A DNA stretch of 63,094 bases, counting the filler, from Phoronis australis (lineage: Eukaryota; Animalia; Phoronida): NCBI GenBank assembly GCA_002633005.1. It is 8 parts of 8 records of this genome, joined end to end, with 100 filler letters (N's around TTAATTAATTAA, not from the genome) between each part and the next. Parts side by side here need not be neighbours in the genome. Positions count along the whole stretch, not along the records: positions 39,329 to 46,059 come from NMRA01002125.1; positions 46,160 to 51,424 come from NMRA01000428.1; 6 more parts are not named here. One strand, written 5' to 3'. A program made the position numbers and the translations under genes. Every line of letters starts with the position of its first letter. The stretch's first letter is position 1. Shown here piece by piece: positions 39,329 through 50,264 of this stretch. The notes beneath the pieces are model-generated. The model was not told the origin of the DNA, did no database searches, and saw nothing but the letters and a program-made list of their open reading frames with translations.

Positions 39329-39420
39329 GACACATGGGCACAGTGCTGTTGGATGTAAATAAATGACACATAGGCACAGTGCTGTTGGATGTAAATGACA
39401 CATGGGCACAGTGCTGTTGC
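39329..39420. repeat. Short ~33-37-bp tandem repeat (gacacatgggcacagtgctgttggatgtaaat)
   Basis: Three copies visible. Confidence 0.85.
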
Positions 39421-39952
39421 AGTTTTACTAGCTATTGTCTAGTTTGTATTGTTGACTATCCTGGATCACAATTCTGCTTGAATGTCATTCTTATGCCAAC
39501 ACAACATAACACGGAATTTAAGATGTTCACAAAACTATAGTTTGTGGTCAGGTGACATGACTGACTCTTCGAAGCAAATCCACTGTGTTCAAACACATAA
39601 AGTAAGATCTATTCATAGTTTGACTTTGAAATGCGTGTCATTTTGCCCTGTCCTGTCCACTGCAAAGTAGAGCACCTCCGTGTCAGTTCCAGTTATGGCC
39701 ACCAGGGGGTACTGTAGGATCATTTGGTGCTTGTTGATCTGTAAGGTTATGTGGAGGATTTTTTATAATTAGACATGGGTCTACCTAGTTTATGTCTCAA
39801 GTAATGCAAAAATAAATGGTGAACATTCTTTAAACGACAGATATTTGCAAATATAATTTTTTTGTTGACGGCCATTTCCTGTTCTTACCTTGCAACTTCC
39901 TGGGCTAGGGAAGACTCTTTGTGAATTACTTTAGTGGCTGTCGTATTTTCAG

Positions 39953-40105
39953 GGGTGGGATGTGCAGTGTGCGGTCACCTTCGGCTGTGTATGTCAAGTA
40001 ATGGCCTCTATTATGGTGTTCCCAGTTGTGACAGTTGTCGCAAGTTTTACCGCAAGTACTTGTCCACCTATGGCGACACCAAGACAGAATGTGTCAACGG
40101 GGATG
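39953..40105 (+). CDS. KMT2A: Trithorax/KMT2A exon: first half of a nuclear-receptor-type C4 zinc finger (CAVCG...YYGVPSCDSCRKFYRK...ECVNGD)
   Basis: ttttcag| ... G|gtgagt, 153 nt, phase 1-1, in frame with the following exons. Confidence 0.88.
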
Positions 40106-40540
40106 GTGAGTACACCTTCATTGGGTAATTAGAAGCTAAGTGAAATGATTTACGGTAAGTGAATCATTCTCACAGGCTTCTTACCACTCTGTAAATAAAG
40201 TCCGGACTTTACAACCTGTCCAAGAGTTTGTCATGTGTCACCTCATGTAGAGTGAACAGTGTCGGGTCCAAATTATCACAATAGAGCTTTATTTTCATAG
40301 TCATGTTTCGTTTTCTTGATACGTTAAAAGCAGTAAGTTTGTCAATGTTATTGTGCCTACGTTTGCCTCAAGTGTCTGTGTGGAAGTCTAATTTTAGCTC
40401 ACATTCTGTAACGATGTGTGCTAATGAAGACATATGTTTTTAGGCAACTGCAATTGTTATATGGGTGGATGTAGCCAGCTTCGTGTTCACCACCATCATT
40501 ACATTTGTTTGTGTGCTGGTTTCGTCTCAGTCAACTTGCA

Positions 40541-40845
40541 GTGTCTTGTTATAGTTGGACACTCAGGAATATTGTGGGGTTGTGTCTTGTTATAGTTGGA
40601 CACTCAGGAATATTGTGGGGTTGGGTCTTGTTATAGTTGGACACTCAGGAATATTGTGGGGTTGTGTCTTAATATAGCTGGATACTAATAGTTGGACACT
40701 CAGGAATATTGTGGGGTTGTGTCTTGTTATAGTTGGACACTCAGGAATATTGTGGGGTTGTGTCTTGATATAACTTGATACTCAGGAATATTGTGGGGTT
40801 GTGTCTTGATGTAGCTTGATACTCAGGAATATTGTGGGGTTGTGC
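40541..40845. repeat. 41-bp intronic minisatellite (~7 copies)
   Basis: gtgtcttgttatagttggacactcaggaatattgtggggtt repeated. Confidence 0.95.
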
Positions 40846-41489
40846 TGCTAACACTTGTCGATTTTCATGCATATTCAATGCACAGCATCCCACGGCCATT
40901 TCTTTTTTGACTGATATTTGTACATTGTTTGTATTGCCAAAACGACTTGACTTATTTTGTGGATTTTTTGCTGAAAGTGAAAGTTATGTTGGAAGTGCAG
41001 CTGCATGAGGGAGTATTCAGACATATGGGACTAACATATCACTCCTTACTGACAAGGGATTGTGCTTGCAGTAGATTTTTTCAAGTGATTCGAATACTGC
41101 AGCACCTTCGGTTAAGCTTTTCAGTTTTCATGGAAATATTTTTGGCTTGCCAATTACTGGTTAAATCTTTTGACAGGTTTCCATGAAACTTGAACCTAGG
41201 GTACTACATGCAGGAGATATCCTAGCATCAGATGATATTAGGATGTATTGGACTTTTCTGTAGCTCCCCCTGTTGGCCATTATTTTCAGTGCCTCAATAA
41301 TCCAAACATGTATGTATGGCTGGTCTGTTAAGTGTTTTTACTATTAACGTAAACTATTGCAAGTCGTAACAGTAATTTAGTGTACAATCTTAAATGTGCT
41401 GTACGTGTAGAATAGATAAGTGAGATAAAACCATTTCAAACTTGATAAACTCCATGCAGTTGAACAGGCTGTGTTTTCCTGTGTTACAG

Positions 41490-41783
41490 GCAAGTGTAGT
41501 GTTGTAGAGGGAGGTGGCTTTGTCTGTTCATCTTGTCGCTTTAACAAGTGTCGGATAGTCTTCCCAAGTCCAGACAAACTGAAGCCGGCCAAGTCGGAGG
41601 ATAAGCGTCACGTGAAGGAATGGTGGAATGTGTCAAGAACAGAGGCGAATCTCGGCGATGGCAGTGAACATGGTGGCACTTCGCCACAGCTGCCCAGCAC
41701 CCCTGTTTCACAGGGAAAGTCAAAAGGGGGCGCACAGACCTCGCCTGACTCACCTGCCAGTAGTGTGGCATCTGCCTCCTCAG
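41490..41783 (+). CDS. KMT2A: Trithorax/KMT2A exon: second half of the C4 finger (KCSV...CSSCRFNKC) plus Ser/Pro-rich linker
   Basis: ttacag| ... G|gtattg, 294 nt, phase 1-1, open frame. Confidence 0.88.
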
Positions 41784-42362
41784 GTATTGAATTAACAATA
41801 CTTGTCATTTCATTAGAAGTACACAAAACATACTGTGAGTGGCCTAAATGAAATAATATCATGATCCCACTCGACCTTATTCTACTTATCGACTGAGAAC
41901 GAAGGCATTCATCCCTTATACTTCAATACTTCAAGCTCTTAGTTTCTTTGATTATTTGGTACATTTTTTAAATTCTTCCCCCAGACTTTATGTGGCGTAT
42001 CACAACCTGTAGTGTATGTACTTGCGCGTGATGCTATAAGTTTACTTTAGTAAAAAACAGTATTAAATGTAATGATTTATGACTTGAAAAGAGATAACAA
42101 AGATGACAACAACAGTAATTGTGCACTGAACTATTTACATTTTTTTGAAAATAATTACCATCTATATTCAACATTTTAGTTACCATCTATATTCAACATT
42201 TTGTAATTCATGTCCCAAAGCCATGTGTAAAACAATGCGGACTAGGAAATTGTACTGGAGCCGTCTTGCTTTCTAGATAATGTTGTTTTGTGACCCATCG
42301 TCTTCGTTATATTCATTGTATATTTTAGTGTTACCACTTGTCTATTCTCCATTTTCGTTTAG

Positions 42363-42512
42363 GTCGAGGACCACGGATCAAACATGTGTGTCGTAAGAAA
42401 GCCATAGCTCTGGGCTCACCAGCTGTGTTTGATTCTAAACCCGAGTTCCATCTAAGTGCACTACCAGACACGTACAAGCATAAAATTATAGAAAAGGATG
42501 CCAGAGAAAAGG
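42363..42512 (+). CDS. KMT2A: Trithorax/KMT2A exon with the RGPRIKHVCR motif
   Basis: tttag| ... G|gtgagc, 150 nt. RGPRIKHVCR..A.ALG..AVF......LSALP is diagnostic of MLL1/MLL2/trx. Confidence 0.95.
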
Positions 42513-43033
42513 GTGAGCAATTACCCTCTTTCACTCCACCATTGACTTTTTTACGCTTGCCTCCTTGTTTTTGGATTTCTCTTTGGATTTCTTTGGTGAA
42601 TTTTGAAATTCATGAAATGTGGAGCCATCAATGCAGTCTTATTTTTATGTGCCCACATATTTATATTTGTATTGCAGTCTTGAGCCTAATATCAAGACTT
42701 TGTCTTGCTAATGTTAATAGTATGTCTTACTGAGTATTGTCAACATGTAGCATTGTTAAAGAAAAAGTCAAGTTGCACTTGCAATATAGTTTATGAGTTG
42801 GTTCCCTGGTTTTACTGAAGTGTTTTACATGTAGACCCGTGTCTAGTTACTGATCTAGGCACATCTTTACGTACATATAGACTCATAGATCTAAATGATC
42901 CAAGCACATCTTTATATATTGAGACTCATAGATTTAAATGTGCACATGTTTCGTAGTTGTGCTGTGCACTGCTTTCAAGCAATGCGCATGTTTGTGAAGG
43001 TCGCTGTATTTTGTTGAGCATACTGTGTTACAG

Positions 43034-43214
43034 AAGACAACATGGACGAGGTGCCTATCTGTGAACAAGCAGGTCAAGATGTGAAGGTCAAGGTCGGGCT
43101 GTCTGCTGATGAAAATGCACCCAGGTTACCAAATGGCAGGCGCAAGCGACGAATGCGTTGTAACCAGTGTAAAGGATGTAACACACCAGATTGTGGCACC
43201 TGCAGAAATTGTCT
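43034..43214 (+). CDS. KMT2A: Trithorax/KMT2A exon: N-terminal part of the CXXC domain (RRKRRMRCNQCKGCNTPDCGTCRNCL)
   Basis: ttacag| ... CT|gtaagt, 181 nt, phase 1-2, CxxCxxC-x4-CGxCxxC pattern. Confidence 0.95.
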
Positions 43215-43476
43215 GTAAGTAAACAAGTGATGAGATTGAATGGAATCAATGGCACTCTGGCATATTCCTTCAAATGAAAGTAGCATATCGTTACTATGAT
43301 TATTGAGTTTTTATTTCAATTGTTTACCTCTCTCAAGTCCGTCGTTATACTTCCCTTTAGTGCCCATACCAGTTGTTCTCTGCAGTTTTACTTGTCTATT
43401 TTTGAATATGATCTTTTAACGCAATGTCAGTGAACCTAGTGCAGGCTCTGCTTCTTGACTGTGCTAATCATTTCAG

Positions 43477-43524
43477 AGATAAACCAAAGTTTGGCGGACC
43501 AGGAACCATGAAACAAGCCTGCGT
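43477..43524 (+). CDS. KMT2A: Trithorax/KMT2A CXXC alternative exon A (DKPKFGGPGTMKQAC)
   Basis: gctaat branch-like site, tttcag| ... |gtaagt, 48 nt, phase 2-2. Confidence 0.9.
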
Positions 43525-43573
43525 GTAAGTTGAGGTTGAATGTCATGCTAAAATATCGTGCTGAATTTTTCAG

Positions 43574-43621
43574 AGATATGCCAAAATTTGGCGGACGGGG
43601 TGTGTTAAAACAGTCGTGCAA
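43574..43621 (+). CDS. KMT2A: Trithorax/KMT2A CXXC alternative exon B (DMPKFGGRGVLKQSC)
   Basis: tttttcag| ... |gtaagt, 48 nt, phase 2-2, paralogous to exon A. Confidence 0.9.
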
Positions 43622-43875
43622 GTAAGTTGGAGTTTGGATAGCTTAGGTTGTAGCTTTTTGTCTTGGTTCTTTTGATGCTTGGTTTTGGTCATAACTCGCT
43701 TTCACAGGTGTGTGTGTGTGTTTGTGTGTGTGTGCTATAGTTTTAGTGCATATTTCTGAACATGTTGAATAGTGACTCAATCTGTCGTCGTTTAGTCACT
43801 GTCACCCACTTGCCTGTTTTCTTGTCATGGAACCCTCTTTATCTGAGTGATGCAATCAAGAGAGACACCCACGTG

Positions 43876-43983
43876 CCAATCACCCAATCACAAAGCCTCC
43901 CATTTGTCACATATCCAATCACAAAGCCTCCCATTTGTCACATATCCAATCACAAAGCCTCCCATTTGTCACATATCCAATCA
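43876..43983. repeat. 31-bp minisatellite (ccaatcacaaagcctcccatttgtcacatat)
   Basis: Just over three copies visible. Confidence 0.9.
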
Positions 43984-44435
43984 TGGAGCCAATCATTTGT
44001 GAGTATCCACAGAGCCTCCTGCCTGCACACAAGACTTCCCTGCTTTTAACTTACTGAGAACTGTTAAACTGACGAATCTTATTACTTATGTGGTGTTTCA
44101 AAAATTTAACCATACCTCAATATTGTGGATTTCAGAAATTCTAAATGAGCTTTTTTGATTTAACCACTTATTATTTTCAATTGAAACTCATGAAGTCAAA
44201 ATATTTGACTTATTACTGGCATACAAGTTTGTTTTATTGCAACAGTAACTGTTACATTTGGCGTATAGTGTCATTTTTAAAACCAATCTTTGTTTATAAT
44301 ACATTGCACAGTATTTTAGTCTGATTACTTGTGATTGTTAATTTAGTACAATTTCATCACAGAGCATGTCAGGCTAATTGGACTGGTGACCTGGATTTGA
44401 CCTAATTACAGTGCCTGACATACCTATTGTTTTAA

Positions 44436-46059
44436 AGGAGCATGCCACCCAAAAACAAAATAATTTTTATCAATTTAGGTCGAGTAGTTCTGCTCCATAC
44501 CAGCACGTACGGTTGCGTTACCTGACACCTGACGGCAGACGGAGGTGTTGAAATTATCCAATGATGTAATTGGTTTCACACGCAATCTGTTCAGCAGTTC
44601 ACAACACGGGTAACTGGTGTCAGCTTATCGCTTGAATTCATCGTTTAACACCAATAAATCATCAAACTTCGATGTAAAACCCTTAAAAATACACCGAGTT
44701 CTTATAAAAACGTGTTGTTTTATTTAGCTGTTTCGGATTTATTGGTATTTGGACACACCGTAGCCTCCAAAGTTCGGCAGGACAATAAGGTCCGTAGAAG
44801 GAGTTTGGGGTCTGTTCGGAGATAATTTCAAAGTATTTTCCGTGAGATATGGACAGGATAACCCAGATCTGTGTTGTTTAGACTTGTGATTTTTTGAGTT
44901 CTAAACACAAAATGCTTGTTATCCTGGCCAGTGGCTCAGAGCCCGATCAGGCCCGTCACGGCCGGCCGGATTGACTCGTTATCCCGGCCAGTGGCTCGCA
45001 AACTGATCAGACATCACGAACATAAACCAGCCATAGTTGGAAACTAAACTTCCAGTCAAGAAAATACTATACTAGTGAGCCAAAGTGTTGTGCACGTGAT
45101 TATGTTGGTGAATTACCCACGAAACTGCAAATCTACTTTCTCGTCGGGAGCCGCGAATTTAGGTTCCGCTTTAGCCACAGCACCGTCAGGGCAGAAGTTG
45201 TACATTGACAATCATTATTTTTATAATGTAAATGTAAATAAAGACTCCCCTTACACCAGGCCTTGGGGTGGAAATCAACTGAGTTGTTTCACAACAGTTT
45301 CTGCCAGCAAACACTAAATTAGCATGAGCTCACACGGCCTTGGTGTCCCGTCAATTAGTTTTACTGCACCTAAAGCCGGTAACGCAGTGATTTATTCATT
45401 GCTGGCTTCTTAAATCATTTGCACTCACGAACACTCCAAAGGCATTACAAATTGCATCTAATGAGGCAGACTTCGTTTCAGTTTTATATAAGTATTGGTT
45501 AGGGTGAGAATAATTCATTTTGAAACAGAAAGCTCAGTAATAAACATCAACATGGCAACTCGCAATCCCGACTTAGACGAGAGATCATCAGTCGATCCCT
45601 ACGAAGACTTAGCAGGTGGATCATTAAGTTTCACAGGCTATCAATTCGAACAGGAATACAGTGATGAAGAAATACTAGAGAGGCGCGTGAACAAGCTCAG
45701 ACAACGGAACGTATGGATTAGATAGTTATTTGGTAAGCCGGCATTCGCCAGGCACTGTCGACGACTGCAGGCCACAGACACGGAGATGTTTCACGGCCTC
45801 ATACTTGCTTTTTATAGGGTACTTTTCATTCTTCACTACCGCGAGCCACTTCCTAAGCATTTCGGTCTCTCGAGGAAGTGGAAAAAAAAACGATATACCC
45901 GCTTTTCTCGCAGCTGCATAGTTCGGACAAGCGGGAACGATGCACCGTAACATAGCGGCATTCACTCTGCAGATGACCCACTGACGTCGCTAGCGTCGTT
46001 TCTCACCTTCCTCACAGGTTAACGCGACACCTCTTGGCAAGGTAAGGTCGACCGTATGC
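44436..46059. mobile_element. Internally deleted Kolobok element in a trithorax intron, with convergent KolX-like (+) and THAP (-) ORF stubs
   Basis: TTAA|aggagcatgccaccc left end. Plus-strand stub 45552-45725 has ...GYQFEQEYSDEEILERR. Minus-strand stub 45726-45965 has MLRCIVPACPN...ISFF.PLPRE..LRKWL....LRVC (THAP). The right end is cut by the contig break. Confidence 0.75.
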
Positions 46060-47298
46060 NNNNNNNNNNNNNNNNNNNNNNNNNNNNNNNNNNNNNNNNN
46101 NNNTTAATTAATTAANNNNNNNNNNNNNNNNNNNNNNNNNNNNNNNNNNNNNNNNNNNNGCTTGGGAACAGGCATAATCGAAATCAGCACACCATAATTA
46201 TGCTAAAAAGATAGATTCTCCACTTTTACTAAAAATGCCTCTAACATGCACATTTTCCAGAAAAGCGTCTAGACTGGCCAGACCACTGTCTCGTCGTTTC
46301 AAGTCTCATTAAGCCTACAACAGAGCAATTGGCTGTTTGGATTTGTATCGAAATGGAAACTATATAATTTATTGATTTACAGGGATCTTGATCAGAAAAA
46401 GGTAAATGTGTTTCAACATGTGTTAAATTTGTAGTGTTAATACCGTGGCTGTGATCCTAATCATTATTGCACCCACGGCAAGACGAATCATTGCCCAACC
46501 GATTTTCTCCTGACATACTTTGATATTCCATTCTGATATATTAACCCTGTACTGATGTTCTCTCATCTCTCTATTCCAGTTTGTTCCTGAGATTCGTTAG
46601 AAATTATTTTGGATCTCGGAAAAAAGTGGCATAAATTTCCAGTTGCTTGAGACTGGACGTCATAAGCTGGTTTGACCATGGTTTTCAATTTATGCACCCG
46701 GCATGGATTGGTCTTGGATAGATTTACTGATAAAAACAGGTTTAATCGATATAATCGCATCTTTCATGTATAGCCTACACAGTACATGTACTGAGCATAT
46801 GGCTTCAACAAAGTCGCTTATTACCTCATGTTATTGCCCAATATGATTTTTTGACAAACGTGCATTTCGTACTGTTTAGCAGGCTAAAATCCAAAATTGA
46901 ACTAAACCTTTTTCTCTTATGAAATCGTCCTCGTAAAGTTGATTCTTAAGTGTGATTATCAAGGTCACGTTTTCGTCAATAACAGTCAGCTGGCTACAAC
47001 CAGTCGTCCGGACTTTGATAAAAGTGTTCATATTATAAAAGAACATGCTGCGTCTTAACTCTGAGAATTACTATTGACATTAACAAACGTACTACGAGAG
47101 CGACGTAACCTCGTTCTTTAAAAATGATGATCTATTCCAACCACGTCTGTTATATTACATGTACCTCTTAAACAGGGAGTAAAACTGGTAATTTCATTTG
47201 CAAATGTGTTATTTAAAAGTTTCGGTGATGAGTAATTAAGATGCACGGTGAAGTTAGTGATTGTGAACCTTGTTATAACTTGTTCATTGTTTCTGCAG

Positions 47299-47394
47299 GA
47301 CCGCACCCCACTACACCAAGCAGCATGGCAGGGCAGCACAGAGTTGGCGAGGGTATTGTTACAGGGTGGGGCCGATGTAGACATGACAGACAAG
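47299..47394 (+). CDS. Ankyrin-repeat exon 1 (DRTPLHQAAWQGSTELARVLLQGGADVDMTDK)
   Basis: ttctgcag| ... AAG|gtaaca, 96 nt, TPLH.AA..G...LL..GADV consensus. Confidence 0.9.
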
Positions 47395-47951
47395 GTAACA
47401 GAAACTATTTGATACAATTTTGATATTAAGACCATGTTATCTTTATCACAAAAGCTGTAGGGTATATGAACTAATTATGTTGTGTGTAAATACACATTTT
47501 ATTTCTTTTGATTTTGACATGTATTTTTCAATCTGTACCCGGTACATGCATGTTAAGAAACAGTGAGGTTTGAATCGTGTCAACAATATATATGTCAACT
47601 TAACGTTGATACTTTTTTATTCTTCATGGCAATCGTTCATTCAACATTACAACTTTACATTAAACAGGAAGCCTTTAAACCGGTGTATCAACACAACACT
47701 GAGAGGTCACAGTAAAGTTATGGAGGCGCTCAGTAATTTCTGGCAGTCCACGTCTGCACCATGTTATTATTGCAACGTTTTAAAATCACCTGTAAAACTT
47801 GACTGTTGAAATCGTTGCAAGTATTATAGCCTTCTTAGAGGAGTCAGTAATGTTGCATTATGTCACCTTACAAGTTCACTTTCTCCCGTGTATGTTAATT
47901 TTCTCAAAACGTTGATCGTCCCTTCACACATCTCCATTATATATTACATAG

Positions 47952-48050
47952 TCGGGCATGACACCGCTGCACTGTGCAGCACTGGAGGGTCATACACAGA
48001 CAATGAAGTGCCTAGTTGAACACAGCGCCACAGTGAATGTCACTACTAAG
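47952..48050 (+). CDS. Ankyrin-repeat exon 2 (SGMTPLHCAALEGHTQTMKCLVEHSATVNVTTK)
   Basis: catag| 99 nt |gtaatt, phase 0-0. Confidence 0.92.
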
Positions 48051-48436
48051 GTAATTAATGACACACAGGTTGTTTGGTTGATGTAGTTGTTCGCACAAAC
48101 GATGTTTAAAACTGAGGACGACAAACTACGTGAACTTAATATTTTCACAATTTAATGTCCCTAAACAATGTCAAATTAAATGTCGTCTGCTTTCCGTTCA
48201 TGAACCACCAAAGCTGTGTAGACTGGTAGAGACAATGCATGACTTACCTGTGTTACCTGTTGTTTGGTTGCAAAACTTAGCATTTTCCAGTTGATAACAT
48301 TACAAGTATTATAACATCTTAGAGGGGTCAGCAATATTTCATTTATGTCACCTTACAAGTTCACTTTCCTCCGTGTATGTTAATTAGCTCTAAACGTTGA
48401 TCGTCCATTCACACATCTCCATTATATATTACATAG

Positions 48437-48535
48437 GAGGGCTGGACACCGCTGCACTGGGCAGCACTGGGTGGTCATACACATATAGTGAAGTGCCTAG
48501 TTGAACACAGCGCCACAGTGAATGTCACTACTAAG
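48437..48535 (+). CDS. Ankyrin-repeat exon 3 (EGWTPLHWAALGGHTHIVKCLVEHSATVNVTTK)
   Basis: catag| 99 nt |gtaatc, phase 0-0. Confidence 0.92.
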
Positions 48536-48914
48536 GTAATCAATGACACACAGGTTGTTTGGTTGATGTAGTTGTTTGCACAAACGATGTTTAAAACTGA
48601 TGACGACAAATTTTGTTGATGATTTCACAATCTAATATCCCTAAACAATGTCAAATTAAATGTCGTCTGCTTTCCATTCATGAACCACCAAAACTGCGTA
48701 GACTGGTAGAGACAATGCATGACTTACCTGTGTTACCTGTTTGGTTGAAAAACTTGGCATTTTCCAGTTGATATCATTATAAGTATTTATAACATGTTAG
48801 ACGGGTCAGCAGTGTTTCATTTATGTCACCTTATAAGTTCACTTTCCTCCGTGTATGTTAATTAGCTCTAAACGTTGATCGTCCATTCATACATCTCCAT
48901 TTTATATTACATAG

Positions 48915-49013
48915 GAGGGCCGGACACCGCTGCACTGTGCAGCAGGGTATGGTCGTACACAGATAGTGGAGTGTCTACTTGAACACAGCGCCACAGTGGA
49001 TGTCCGTGATGAG
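48915..49013 (+). CDS. Ankyrin-repeat exon 4 (EGRTPLHCAAGYGRTQIVECLLEHSATVDVRDE)
   Basis: catag| 99 nt |gtaatt, phase 0-0. Confidence 0.92.
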
Positions 49014-49549
49014 GTAATTAATGACACACAGCTTATTTGGTTGATCTAGTTATTTACACAAACGAAGTTTAAAACTGATGACGACATATTTTGTTGATTT
49101 TTTTCACAATTTAATGCCCCTAAACAATGTCAAATTAAATGTCGTCTGCTTGTCATTCGAGATTTGATTGAGAATCGCCAAAGTTGCGTAGACTGGTAGA
49201 GACAATGCAGTGTGACTTACCTGTACAGGTAAATGATATGTAAGGTAATTAAAGTACACCTAATTCGTTAGAACTAAACATACATTACACTGTGGTTATC
49301 CAACAGGTTACAGCGCATAATTACTACCGGTGTTACCGCCCAGTAAGGAGAAACGAAACACTAACCAGGCTCTGTTGTTTTGTTCTTAAACGTAACATTT
49401 CCCTAATGACATCGTTACAAGTATTAGCACCTTGGAGGAGTCAGTAATGTTTCATTCATGTCACATTGCAAGTTCACTTTCCCCCGTGTATGTTAACTTG
49501 CTCTAAACGTTGACCGTCCATTCACACATCTCCATTATATATTACATAG

Positions 49550-49648
49550 GATGGCCGGACACCGCTGCACAGTGCAGCACTGTGTGGTCATACAGCCGTC
49601 GTAGAGTGTCTCCTCCAACACGGGGCCAACGTGCATGTCCGGAATAAG
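49550..49648 (+). CDS. Ankyrin-repeat exon 5 (DGRTPLHSAALCGHTAVVECLLQHGANVHVRNK)
   Basis: catag| 99 nt |gtaatt, phase 0-0. Confidence 0.92.
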
Positions 49649-50159
49649 GTAATTAATGACACACAGGGTGTTTGGTTGAACTAGTTGTTTACACAACGAT
49701 GACTAAGCTGAATCATTCGGTGATTTAATTAATCAATCACCATTTATGATTTCATTGAAAATTGGATATTTCTCCTTGCACGTGAAGTAACGTTCACGCG
49801 ATTTTAAGTAATTAGAAACAGTTTTCAGGTCACATGGAGGTGTACAATGAGTTTGTTATTTACTTGCATTTTCATAGCACTTACTAACTGAATGTTGCTC
49901 TGTTGTTATATATAACATCAAGTTGTCATATTTAAAATTCTCTTTTCAATGCACGACTACAACACATCAGACAAACATTTAAGAAATTTTGCTCAAGTTG
50001 TGTGCGAGTTTAAATGTCAGGTTGTGGTCACCCTTTGTTGATCCACCCACGTCATGAATATGCAACTGATGGTGAAGTTTTGAATTTGAAAAGTATAAAA
50101 CGTGACGCCCTGTTGAGCCACCCATTTCGCTATATATAATGCTGACCAACTTGCTGTAG

Positions 50160-50264
50160 TGGGGTGACACACTGCTACACACGGCGTCAGAGGTAGGACA
50201 CGCAGCGGTGGTGAAGCTTCTAATCATTAAAGGCTGCTGTGACGTGATTGCCGTAAAGAGAGTT
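50160..50264 (+). CDS. Divergent ankyrin-repeat exon 6 (WGDTLLHTASEVGHAAVVKLLIIKGCCDVIAVKRV)
   Basis: ctgtag| acceptor and ankyrin consensus. The donor position is uncertain. Confidence 0.7.

Noticed and set aside
40541-40845. CRISPR-like look of the 22-44-bp repeat arrays (also 6190, 39148, 51245, 61044, 62843)
   Set aside because: The units are head-to-tail with no unique spacers, there are no cas genes, and the context is eukaryotic. These are minisatellites.
39934-41851. Stand-alone nuclear receptor gene
   Set aside because: The C4-finger exons splice in frame to the MLL/trx RGPRIKHVCR and CXXC exons, and no ligand-binding domain is seen.
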